Of a stretch of 32,000 nucleotides of DNA, positions 18,553 through 26,650 are shown one piece after another. The position numbers and the translations under genes are program-made. The stretch spans positions 1 to 32,000 of the forward strand of contig NZ_CP047931.1 in NCBI RefSeq assembly GCF_014280175.1, read 5' to 3'. Every line of letters starts with the position of its first letter. Within the stretch, counting starts at the first letter, position 1. This DNA comes from Synechococcus sp. A15-28. Its GTDB lineage: Bacteria > Cyanobacteriota > Cyanobacteriia > PCC-6307 > Cyanobiaceae. Below the pieces are notes generated by a model. That model saw only the letters and a program-made list of their open reading frames with translations, was not told where the DNA came from and searched no databases.

Positions 18553-19071
18553 GTGGCAATGGCGCTCAACGCTGTGTTTCTGTCCCGTCGTTCCCTATTG
18601 TTGGGTTCCATCGCCGGTGCCTTCGGCAGCAGCTGGTGGCCGCGGCCGGTGCTGGCGGCATCAAAAGCAACTGATGCAAGCTGGGATCTCAGTGCAGAGC
18701 AGTGGCGTCAGCGCTTGTCACCCGAGGCCTACGACGTGCTGCGCAATGAGGGCACCGAGCGGCCGTTCACCAGTCCATTGAATGATGAGAAGCGCAGTGG
18801 CACGTTCCACTGCGCCGGTTGCGATCAGCCGTTGTTCTCCTCGGAGGCGAAGTTCGACAGCGGCACCGGTTGGCCGAGCTTCTGGCAGCCGTTGCAGGGT
18901 GGCATCGCGACGAAAGTAGATTTCAAATTGATCATTCCCCGTACGGAATACCACTGCAGCCGCTGCGGTGGGCATCAGGGCCACGTGTTCAATGACGGAC
19001 CCCGACCGACGGGCAAGCGCTACTGCAACAACGGCGTCGCCCTTGTCTTCCGACCCGCAGACTCAGTTTGA
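18553..19071 (+). CDS. msrB: peptide-methionine (R)-S-oxide reductase MsrB with Tat-type signal peptide
   Basis: SelR/MsrB motifs: two Zn CxxC pairs (CAGC, CSRC), GTGWPSF, HQGHVFNDGP, and catalytic Cys in RYCNNG. N-terminus carries LSRRSLLLGSIAGAFG...VLAAS. Start is GTG 18553 or ATG 18559. Confidence 0.9.
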   Translation: MAMALNAVFLSRRSLLLGSIAGAFGSSWWPRPVLAASKATDASWDLSAEQWRQRLSPEAYDVLRNEGTERPFTSPLNDEKRSGTFHCAGCDQPLFSSEAKFDSGTGWPSFWQPLQGGIATKVDFKLIIPRTEYHCSRCGGHQGHVFNDGPRPTGKRYCNNGVALVFRPADSV

Positions 19072-20314
19072 TTTTCTCGTCGTCGGTGGTGGTGCTGCCG
19101 GCTTCATGGCGGCGATCACAGCCGCCGAACAGGGGCTACAGCGAGTCCTGGTGCTGGAAGCCACGCCGGAGCCCCTGTCCAAGGTTCGATTGAGTGGAGG
19201 CGGTCGCTGCAACGTGACCCATGCCTGTTGGGATCCAACCGAGCTGGTGGGTCACTACCCCAGGGGTCAGCGGCCCCTGCGGGGGCCATTCAGTCGTTTT
19301 GCCAGTGGTGATGCCGTTGCATGGTTCGCTGATCGCGGCCTGGATCTGGTGGAGGAGGACGACGGCCGCATGTTTCCTCAGGCCAATCGCTCGTCCGCAG
19401 TGGTGAATTGCCTGCGGCAGGCCGCGAAACGGTCCGGGGTTCAGCTGATCACAGGTTCTGCGGTTCAAGCCGTGGCCGGCGACATCAGCGGTGGGTTCGT
19501 GGCCTCCTGTCGCGGTGGTGGCAGGTTTCATGCAAAGCGCGTGCTGTTGGCTACGGGAGGACACCCCAGTGGACGACGGTTGGCGGGCCAGCTGGGCCAT
19601 CGGTTGATCCCCCCGGTGCCTTCCCTGTTTTCATTGACGTTGGATGCTCCCCAGTTGCTGGGTTGCGCCGGCATCGCCCTCGATGATGTGGCGCTCACGC
19701 TCGAGGTGGGAGACGAGCGCTTCCACCAGGTCGGTCGGGTGCTGATCACCCACTGGGGTCTCAGTGGACCGGCGACGTTGCGGCTTACGGCCTTCGCCGC
19801 CAGGGCCCTTCAGGCATCGCGTTACCGCGCGACGTTGAGTGTGAGCTGGTGCGCTGGTTGGTCCCAGGGGGATCTCCTGGCTGCGTTGCGGAACCAGCGA
19901 ACCCAGGCTGCTCGTCGCACCCTCGTTGCTTCACGACCATTGGCCGCTCATCTGCCACGACGACTTTGGATCTCGATGTTGGAGGAGGTTGGTGTCGCTG
20001 CTGATCAGCGCTGGGCGGACTGTCCAGCGAAGTTGGAGAGGGGGCTCTTCGATCGGTTGCAGCAATGTCGTTATCCCGTGAAGGGTCGCGGACCATTTGG
20101 GGAGGAATTCGTGACCGCTGGTGGCGTGGATCTGGGTGAAATCAACCTGGCCACCATGGAGAGCCGCTGCTGCCCCGGTTTGCATCTGGCGGGTGAGTTG
20201 ATGGATGTGGATGGGGTCACAGGCGGCTTCAACTTTCAGCACTGCTGGACCAGTGGTTGGCTCGCCGGCCAGTCCGTTGCCGAGCAGCTCACTGGATCTG
20301 ATCGAACACTGTGA
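18992..20314 (+). CDS. HI0933-like / aminoacetone-oxidase-family FAD-dependent oxidoreductase
   Basis: Rossmann motif FDFLVVGGGAAGFMAAITAAE and C-terminal GGFNFQHCWTSGWLAG. Candidate in-frame starts are GTG 18968, ATG 18992 and TTG 19043, all inside msrB. The stop at 20314 is secure. Confidence 0.8.
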   Translation: MTDPDRRASATATTASPLSSDPQTQFDFLVVGGGAAGFMAAITAAEQGLQRVLVLEATPEPLSKVRLSGGGRCNVTHACWDPTELVGHYPRGQRPLRGPFSRFASGDAVAWFADRGLDLVEEDDGRMFPQANRSSAVVNCLRQAAKRSGVQLITGSAVQAVAGDISGGFVASCRGGGRFHAKRVLLATGGHPSGRRLAGQLGHRLIPPVPSLFSLTLDAPQLLGCAGIALDDVALTLEVGDERFHQVGRVLITHWGLSGPATLRLTAFAARALQASRYRATLSVSWCAGWSQGDLLAALRNQRTQAARRTLVASRPLAAHLPRRLWISMLEEVGVAADQRWADCPAKLERGLFDRLQQCRYPVKGRGPFGEEFVTAGGVDLGEINLATMESRCCPGLHLAGELMDVDGVTGGFNFQHCWTSGWLAGQSVAEQLTGSDRTL

Positions 20315-21479
20315 ACATCGGCAGATACATAGCCAGAAGAATCGATCCGACAATGCCTCCCACCACCACGATCATTGCGGGCTCCAGCATGGAGGTGAGT
20401 GCCTTCACCATGGCTCCGACTTCGTCTTCGTAGAAATCAGCGACCTTGCTGAGCATCTTGTCCATCTCACCGGTTTCTTCGCCGATGGCCAACATGTTGA
20501 GCGCCATATCGGGGAGCACTTTCTGACGAATCAAGGCTGTGCTGAGCAGAACGCCCTCCTGCACCATCGTTCTTGAGGCCAGGATTGCATCAGAAATGAT
20601 CGAGTTCCCTGCGGTCTGACTGGAGATTTCCATGGACATCAAGATGGGAACACCGGCGCGGGTTAGGGAGCTGAAGATTCGACAGAACTGGGCGGTGGCG
20701 GTCATCAGAATCAGCTCACCGAACAGCGGCAGCTTGAGGATCAGTCGGTCGATGACCCGTCGTCCGTTGTGGGTTCCGTAATAACGCGCGAACAGCCAGA
20801 TGATCAGCAGCAGGGCTCCAACGAAATACAGAGCCACTGTTGATCGCAGGAGTTCACTGAAATTCACCAGCAACTGTGTGAATGCGGGGAGTTCGGCCCC
20901 CAGATCTTCAAAGATTCCGGCGAAGGTAGGAATCAGGAAAATGGTCATCCCCAGAAACACCAGGATCGCGATCACCAGAACGGCAACGGGATAGCCAAGG
21001 GCTCCCTTGATCTGGTTCTGCAGCTTGGCGTTGTCTTCCAGAAGTTTGGCCAGCGGTTTCATTGCTTCATCCAGAACGCCTCCGGCTTCGCCGGCTTCCA
21101 CCATGGCGATGCTGAGCTGATCGAAAACCTTGGGCCACTCCCGAATCGCGCTGCCCAGGGCGATTCCCTCGTTGACATCCAGGCTCACCTTGGTCAGCGC
21201 CCGCTTGAACATCGGCAGCTTCTGCTGGGTCGCCATCAGATCCAGGCTGCGCACGATCGGAACGCCGGCATCCACAAGTGCCGCCAGCTTGCTGGCGAAA
21301 ACCGCTTTCTCCTTGACGCCTGGAGCCTTCTCGAAGGTCGTGCCGAGGTCGATGGAGAACAAGCTCTTGCCCTCGCCGGAGCCGTCAGCCCCGTTGTTCT
21401 GACCGGAAGGAGCAGGTCGCAGCTCTGTGGCTCGAATTCCACGACGGCGAAGCTGTTTGCGGGCGTCTGCCAGATCCAC
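20289..21479 (-). CDS. pilC: type IV pilus assembly platform protein PilC (GspF family)
   Basis: 396-aa ORF from GTG 21479. It has two T2SSF-type repeats, several hydrophobic helices, GEETGEMDKML, and a C-terminal LLAMYLPMF. Conserved N-terminal sequence continues upstream to at least 21551 without a canonical start (see findings). Confidence 0.9.
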   Translation of the reverse strand: MDLADARKQLRRRGIRATELRPAPSGQNNGADGSGEGKSLFSIDLGTTFEKAPGVKEKAVFASKLAALVDAGVPIVRSLDLMATQQKLPMFKRALTKVSLDVNEGIALGSAIREWPKVFDQLSIAMVEAGEAGGVLDEAMKPLAKLLEDNAKLQNQIKGALGYPVAVLVIAILVFLGMTIFLIPTFAGIFEDLGAELPAFTQLLVNFSELLRSTVALYFVGALLLIIWLFARYYGTHNGRRVIDRLILKLPLFGELILMTATAQFCRIFSSLTRAGVPILMSMEISSQTAGNSIISDAILASRTMVQEGVLLSTALIRQKVLPDMALNMLAIGEETGEMDKMLSKVADFYEDEVGAMVKALTSMLEPAMIVVVGGIVGSILLAMYLPMFTVFDQIQ

Positions 21480-21563
21480 GGCCTTGATTGTCAGGTTGCG
21501 GGGTTGACCGCTTGGACCGGCATACGTGGCGAGGAACGACGGTTCGTTCAGTTCAGCCCTTGA

Positions 21564-22640
21564 TCATTCATGGCCAATCAGGCGTTGCAGTTCGCCTGGT
21601 TTGCTCGCTTTTGCCATGGCTTCGGTCTGGCTCACATCGCCGCGGTTCACCAGGTCAGCCAGCGCTTTTTCCAGGGTCTGCATTCCTTGCTCGCCACCGG
21701 TCTGAATCTGGGAATAAAGCTGAGCGGTCTTGCCTTCGCGGATGAGATTTGCGGTGGCCGGGGTGTTGATCAGGATCTCCTGAGCCATCACCCGTCCGAA
21801 TTGCCCTGGTTTTGGATCGTGGCGCTTGCAGAGGGTCTGTGAAAACACGGCCACCAAGCTGCCGGAGAGTTGAACGCGGACCTGGGTCTGTTGTTCCGGT
21901 GGGAATACATCGACCATCCGGTCCACGGTCTGCGCCGCCGAACTGGTGTGCAGCGTTCCGAACACAAGGTGTCCGGTCTCCGCAGCGCTGACTGCCAGTT
22001 GGATGGTTTCCAGATCCCGAATTTCCCCCACCAGGATCACGTCGGGGTCCTCCCGCAGAGCAGCGCGGAGGGCATTGGCGAAACTGCGGGTGTCCTCATT
22101 GAGCTGGCGCTGATGTACCAGGCTCTTGTCGCTCTGATAAACAAACTCAATCGGGTCCTCGATGGTGAGGATGTGTTCGCTGCGGGTGTGATTGATGTGG
22201 TCCAACAGGGCTGCCAGCGTCGTGGTTTTGCCCGACCCTGTGGGACCTGTCACCAGCACCAGTCCCCGCGGGCGTTTGCTGGTCTCCAGCACCACGGGCG
22301 GCAGGTTCAGAAGCTCAACGCTTGGGATCTTGCTGCCGAGGGCCCGGAGACAGGCGGCATAGCTTCCCTTCTTCCGGTAGACGTTGACCCGGAACCGTGC
22401 CACCCCTTTCAGGCCATAGGCGCAGTCCAGTTCCCAGGTCTGCTCCAGGGTTTTGCGTTGACTGTTGTTCAGCATCGAGAAGATCAGCTTGTTGCAGTCC
22501 TCCTCCTCCAGAGGGTCGTCCCGCATCGGCCGCAGCTCACCGCTGAAACGTTCGTAGGGAGGCTGACCGCTGGCGATGTGCAGATCGCTGCCGCCTGCCT
22601 CCACCAGTTGCTCCATCAGATCCTCGATCATCAGATCCAT
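21564..22640 (-). CDS. pilT: type IV pilus retraction ATPase PilT
   Basis: 358-aa ORF with ATG at 22640. Walker A GPTGSGKTTT, Walker B DVILVGEIRD, His box TGHLVFGTLHT, and ANLIREGK motif. Confidence 0.93.
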   Translation of the reverse strand: MDLMIEDLMEQLVEAGGSDLHIASGQPPYERFSGELRPMRDDPLEEEDCNKLIFSMLNNSQRKTLEQTWELDCAYGLKGVARFRVNVYRKKGSYAACLRALGSKIPSVELLNLPPVVLETSKRPRGLVLVTGPTGSGKTTTLAALLDHINHTRSEHILTIEDPIEFVYQSDKSLVHQRQLNEDTRSFANALRAALREDPDVILVGEIRDLETIQLAVSAAETGHLVFGTLHTSSAAQTVDRMVDVFPPEQQTQVRVQLSGSLVAVFSQTLCKRHDPKPGQFGRVMAQEILINTPATANLIREGKTAQLYSQIQTGGEQGMQTLEKALADLVNRGDVSQTEAMAKASKPGELQRLIGHE

Positions 22641-22650
22641 GTCGCCAGTC

Positions 22651-24324
22651 TCAATCTCGGGTGGTTAGGCAATAAGGACACTCCAGCCAGCTCTCCTGGA
22701 GACCAGCGCCGCATCCCTTGCAGGTCATTGTGCTGAGAGCGCGTGCTCTGCGCTCGGATTCCAGGCCTGAGTCGGTGAGGATCATTCGCCCAACTTCTTC
22801 CAGCGTGGTGTGACCCTGTCGGACGAGATCCAGGCTGTAGCCGAGAAGAGTCACCATCCCTGACTCGAGCGCGAGTTGACGGATCACATCGGTGGAGGCG
22901 CCTGAGGAAACGGCTGTGGCCAGCTCCTCATTCATGCGCAGCACTTCGTAGACACCCACGCGGCCCTTGTAACCACTGCCTTTGCAATTGGGGCAGGTCT
23001 TGCCGCTGCCGTCATGGCGATGGGCCCTGAAAAAGGTCACATCGCTTTCCGTGCTGGCCATCAGGCCGAAGCGACCAAGTTCTCGCTCATCCGGCCGGTA
23101 CGGTTCCCGGCACGTCGGGCAAACGCGTCGCATCAGCCGTTGGGACACGATGCCGATCAGGGCTGCCGACACCATGAAGGTCTCCACCCCCATCTCATCC
23201 AGTCGGGCGATGGTGCTGGGGGCGTCATTGGCGTGAAGGGTGCTCAGCACCAGGTGGCCGGTGAGGGCGGCTTCGATGGCGGTTTTCGCTGTCTCCAGAT
23301 CGCGGGTCTCCCCGACCAGCAGCACATCCGGGTCCTGGCGCATGAATGCCCTCAGGGCAGTGGCGAAATCGAATCCCTTGTCGCGATTCACCTGGCACTG
23401 CGTGATGCCCGGCAGCGTGTACTCAATCGGATCCTCCACCGTGGAGATGTTGATGCCGGGGTCGTTGCGTTCCGCCAGCAGGGAATAGAGGGTGGTGGAT
23501 TTGCCTGAGCCGGTGGGCCCTGTGACCAGAATCATGCCGAAGGGTTTGGCCCCCAGATCCCGCACAAGAGCGAGGGTGGCGGGATTGGAGATCAGCTTGT
23601 CCAGGCCCAGTTGCGTGGCGCTGCTGTCCAGCAGTCGCAGACAAACCTTTTCGCCGAAGCGGCTGGGCAGGGTGTTGACCCTGAAATCCACCACCCGGTC
23701 CCGGTAGCGGCGACTGATCCTGCCGTCCTGAGCCTGGCGTCGCTCAGCGATATCGAGGTCCGCCAGGATCTTGAAGCGGGAGGTCACCGCTGGGATCAAC
23801 CGGTTAGGAAGCGGCTCCACGTACTGCTGGAGCACACCGTCCTGGCGGTAGCGCAGACGGAGACCCTTCTGTTGCGGCTCCACATGGATGTCGGAGGCGC
23901 CCACGGACATGGCCTGCAGCAGGATGCGATCCACCAGGGCCACCACCGGTGATGCATCAGGGTCCTCAAGGCTGGATTCCAGATCAACGGCATTGGCGGA
24001 CAGGGCTGCCTCTTCGTCTTCTGCGGTCTCCAGCACCCCTTCGGCGTTGAAGTCTTCGAGGAACGAGGATGCTTCGTCTTCGAGGGACAACTGGCTCTCA
24101 GTCCTGTTTTGACTTGGCTGACTGGTTGTTATCGCTTGAGTTTCACGGGGAGCTTCACCAGGTGCTGACGGGGTAGATCGTTCCGATGGTTCAGTCGCCA
24201 GAGCACGCCGCAGATCGTCATGCAGCGTCGGGTGCAGACGGATGGTTCGGTCATTCGGCGGCAGTTGATCGATCAGGGCTTGCCATTCCGTTTCACCCCA
24301 CTGGCTGGGAATCGCGATGTCCAA
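22651..24324 (-). CDS. pilB: type IV pilus assembly ATPase PilB (GspE family); longest uninterrupted ORF
   Basis: 557-aa ORF. Walker A GPTGSGKSTT, GETRDLETA, TGHLVLSTLHAN, and the tetracysteine CPTC...CPNCKGSGYKGR. The TTG start at 24324 is only the first start after an in-frame TAG, and the frame stays open to ATG 24522. Confidence 0.9.
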   Translation of the reverse strand: MDIAIPSQWGETEWQALIDQLPPNDRTIRLHPTLHDDLRRALATEPSERSTPSAPGEAPRETQAITTSQPSQNRTESQLSLEDEASSFLEDFNAEGVLETAEDEEAALSANAVDLESSLEDPDASPVVALVDRILLQAMSVGASDIHVEPQQKGLRLRYRQDGVLQQYVEPLPNRLIPAVTSRFKILADLDIAERRQAQDGRISRRYRDRVVDFRVNTLPSRFGEKVCLRLLDSSATQLGLDKLISNPATLALVRDLGAKPFGMILVTGPTGSGKSTTLYSLLAERNDPGINISTVEDPIEYTLPGITQCQVNRDKGFDFATALRAFMRQDPDVLLVGETRDLETAKTAIEAALTGHLVLSTLHANDAPSTIARLDEMGVETFMVSAALIGIVSQRLMRRVCPTCREPYRPDERELGRFGLMASTESDVTFFRAHRHDGSGKTCPNCKGSGYKGRVGVYEVLRMNEELATAVSSGASTDVIRQLALESGMVTLLGYSLDLVRQGHTTLEEVGRMILTDSGLESERRARALSTMTCKGCGAGLQESWLECPYCLTTRD

Positions 24325-24369
24325 TTGGTGCTGATCAACCGCGATCGGCAGGGCCTGCAGGTCGCGCTA

Positions 24370-24522
24370 GCGCTCAGGGCTGATGTCATTCAGGGCGTTG
24401 AGCAGCGGCAGCGCTCGTTCCAGTTGCTCGGGATCCGGCACCGGCTGTTTCAGTAACAGCTCCAGTTCCAGCCGCTGCTGGGCGGCATCGTTGGTGGCAG
24501 GAATGGGCCGGCCCAGGGTCAT
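24370..24522 (-). other. pilB: 51-codon 5' segment in the pilB frame, upstream of the in-frame TAG (24367-24369)
   Basis: My hand translation gives MTLGRPIPATNDAAQQRLELELLLKQPVPDPEQLERALPLLNALNDISPER, with G/C-rich third positions. It is contiguous in frame with RDLQALPIAVDQHQLDIAIP after the TAG. Confidence 0.65.
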
Positions 24523-24621
24523 CGGTGGGTCATCGTCCGATTGAGGTGCGGGCTTCCGCAGCTTGTGTGAGGTGTGCGTTGCCCTTCAACATGTCTAAGC
24601 AGCAATTCCCCAGCGGTCAGC

Positions 24622-25278
24622 ATGAGCGGCGAGGCTCCCACCCCAGCGCAGGATCCAAGCGTTGAGCCGATGGATGCGGCTCCCGCTGTCGCAGAGCCCG
24701 AGGTGGTGTCCACGGAAACGCCTGCCGACGTCTCCGTGACCGATCCGGCTGATCGCCTGCAGCAGCTGGAGCAGGAATTGCACAGCCTGAAGCAGGAGCA
24801 CGAAACGCTGCAGAGCCAGTACATGCGCATCGCAGCGGATTTCGACAACTTCCGCAAGCGTCAGAGCAGGGATCAGGACGACATCCGTCAGCAGCTGGTC
24901 TGCTCCACCCTCAGCGAAATCCTGCCGGTGGTGGACAACTTCGAGCGGGCTCGACAGCAGCTGAATCCTGAGGGGGACGAGGCTCAGGCGCTGCATCGCA
25001 GTTATCAGGGTCTCTACAAGCAACTGGTTGATGTGCTGAAGCAGCAGGGGGTGGCGCGTATGGAAGTGGTTGGTCAGTTATTCGATCCGACCCTCCATGA
25101 AGCGGTGCTTCGCGAGGAGAGCACCGAACAGCCGGAAGATGTGGTGATCGAAGAGCTTCAACGCGGTTATCACCTCAACGGCAAGGTGCTTCGTCACGCG
25201 CTGGTGAAGGTGTCCATGGGTCCGGGTCCATCGACCGATGCTGAAGTTGCTGCCCCTGCTGAAGCGGAGGAGTCCTGA
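24622..25278 (+). CDS. grpE: nucleotide exchange factor GrpE
   Basis: GrpE signature [12 protein letters not shown], a coiled-coil N-terminal part and C-terminal [12 protein letters not shown] 24622 ([11 protein letters not shown]) is preferred over the GTG 24574 of the ORF track. Confidence 0.93.
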   Translation: MSGEAPTPAQDPSVEPMDAAPAVAEPEVVSTETPADVSVTDPADRLQQLEQELHSLKQEHETLQSQYMRIAADFDNFRKRQSRDQDDIRQQLVCSTLSEILPVVDNFERARQQLNPEGDEAQALHRSYQGLYKQLVDVLKQQGVARMEVVGQLFDPTLHEAVLREESTEQPEDVVIEELQRGYHLNGKVLRHALVKVSMGPGPSTDAEVAAPAEAEES

Positions 25279-26411
25279 TGGCGGATTACTACGACCTGCT
25301 GGGGGTCGGACGGGATGCGGATGCCGACACGTTGAAGCGGGCTTACCGCAGCAAGGCGCGCAAGTTTCACCCCGACATCAACAAGGAACCGGGAGCCGAA
25401 GACCGCTTCAAGGAAATCGGTCGCGCCTATGAGGTGCTGAGTGACCCCCAGACCCGGGCCCGCTACGACCAGTTCGGTGAGGCCGGCCTTGGCGGTGCAG
25501 CCGGTGCTCCGGATATGGGGGACATGGGCGGCTTTGCCGACCTGTTCGAGACCTTCTTCCAGGGCTTTGGAGGCCCGGGTGGTGCTGCCGGCGGTCGCTC
25601 CAGCCGTCGTGGACCCCAGCAGGGAGACGATCTTCGCTACGACCTCACCATCGATTTCGAGCAGGCGGTCTTCGGTCAGGAGCAGGAGATCAAGATCCCC
25701 CACCTCGAAACCTGTGACACCTGCGGTGGCAGCGGAGCGAAGGCGGGCAGTGGTCCCACCACCTGCGGTACCTGTGGTGGAGCCGGCCAGGTTCGACGGG
25801 CGACCCGGACCCCCTTCGGCAGCTTCACCCAGGTGGCGGAATGCCCCAACTGCGGCGGCACCGGTCAGGTGATCGCTGATCCCTGCAATGCCTGCGGCGG
25901 CCAGGGTGTGCATCAGGTGCGCAAGAAACTTCGGATCAACATTCCTGCCGGAGTGGACACAGGAACGCGCCTGCGGGTTTCGGGTGAGGGCAATGCCGGA
26001 CCGCGGGGAGGCCCGTCCGGTGACCTCTACGTTTTCCTGACGGTCAAGTCACACCCGCGCCTGCGCAGGGATGGTCTCAACATCCTCTCCACCGTGAACG
26101 TCAGTTATCTGCAGGCGATCCTGGGGGACACGATCGAGGTGGAAACCGTCGATGGCGATACGCCCCTTGAAATTCCGCCCGGCACCCAGCCCGGTACCGT
26201 GCTGACCCTCGCCAACAAAGGCATTCCCAAGCTCGGGAACCCAGTGGCCCGAGGTGATCAGAAGGTGCAGGTGACGGTGCAGCTCCCCACGCGTCTGTCG
26301 GACCCCGAACGGACACTGCTGGAGGAGTTGGCGGGCCATCATTCGGCCCGTGGCAAGCAGCATCACCATCACAACAGCGGACTGTTCGCTCGGCTGTTCG
26401 GCCAGAAGTGA
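25278..26411 (+). CDS. dnaJ: molecular chaperone DnaJ
   Basis: J-domain with HPD (KFHPDINK), a G/F-rich region, and four CxxCxGxG zinc-finger repeats. ATG overlaps the grpE TGA (TGATG). Confidence 0.96.
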   Translation: MADYYDLLGVGRDADADTLKRAYRSKARKFHPDINKEPGAEDRFKEIGRAYEVLSDPQTRARYDQFGEAGLGGAAGAPDMGDMGGFADLFETFFQGFGGPGGAAGGRSSRRGPQQGDDLRYDLTIDFEQAVFGQEQEIKIPHLETCDTCGGSGAKAGSGPTTCGTCGGAGQVRRATRTPFGSFTQVAECPNCGGTGQVIADPCNACGGQGVHQVRKKLRINIPAGVDTGTRLRVSGEGNAGPRGGPSGDLYVFLTVKSHPRLRRDGLNILSTVNVSYLQAILGDTIEVETVDGDTPLEIPPGTQPGTVLTLANKGIPKLGNPVARGDQKVQVTVQLPTRLSDPERTLLEELAGHHSARGKQHHHHNSGLFARLFGQK

Positions 26412-26650
26412 TGGGGACGGCCCGTTCCCTGGATCTGCGTGGCACCCCCTGCCCGGTGAATTTCATCCGTTGCAAGCTGGCCCTCGAGTCACTTCAGGCT
26501 GGAGATCAGCTTCAGGTGCAGTTGGATCGGGGCGAACCGGAAGCGACGGTGATTCCTGGGCTCCAGGATGCCGGTCACCGGGTGGAGGTCACCGCTGAGG
26601 AAGCGACCTGGGTTGCATTGGAGATCACCTGTGCCGGTGAGCTGTCGTGA
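26411..26650 (+). CDS. TusA/SirA-like small sulfur-carrier-family protein
   Basis: 79-80 aa. LDLRGTPCPVNFIRCKLALESL carries the conserved Cys-Pro of the TusA fold, followed by GDQLQV...D...GH. ATG 26411 overlaps the dnaJ TGA by 1 nt; GTG 26408 is an alternative. Confidence 0.75.
   Translation: MGTARSLDLRGTPCPVNFIRCKLALESLQAGDQLQVQLDRGEPEATVIPGLQDAGHRVEVTAEEATWVALEITCAGELS

Noticed and set aside
21564-21566. PilT-PilC fusion by read-through of the in-frame pilT TGA
   Set aside because: Being in the same frame has a one-in-three chance. I see no recoding signal such as a SECIS-like hairpin or slippery site. A soluble hexameric ATPase fused to a membrane platform protein is implausible. It is kept only as the least likely option in the pilC finding.
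21870-22736. 288-aa plus-strand ORF antisense to pilT
   Set aside because: The minus strand has complete PilT Walker A, Walker B and His-box motifs. The plus-strand product is low-complexity and unrecognisable.
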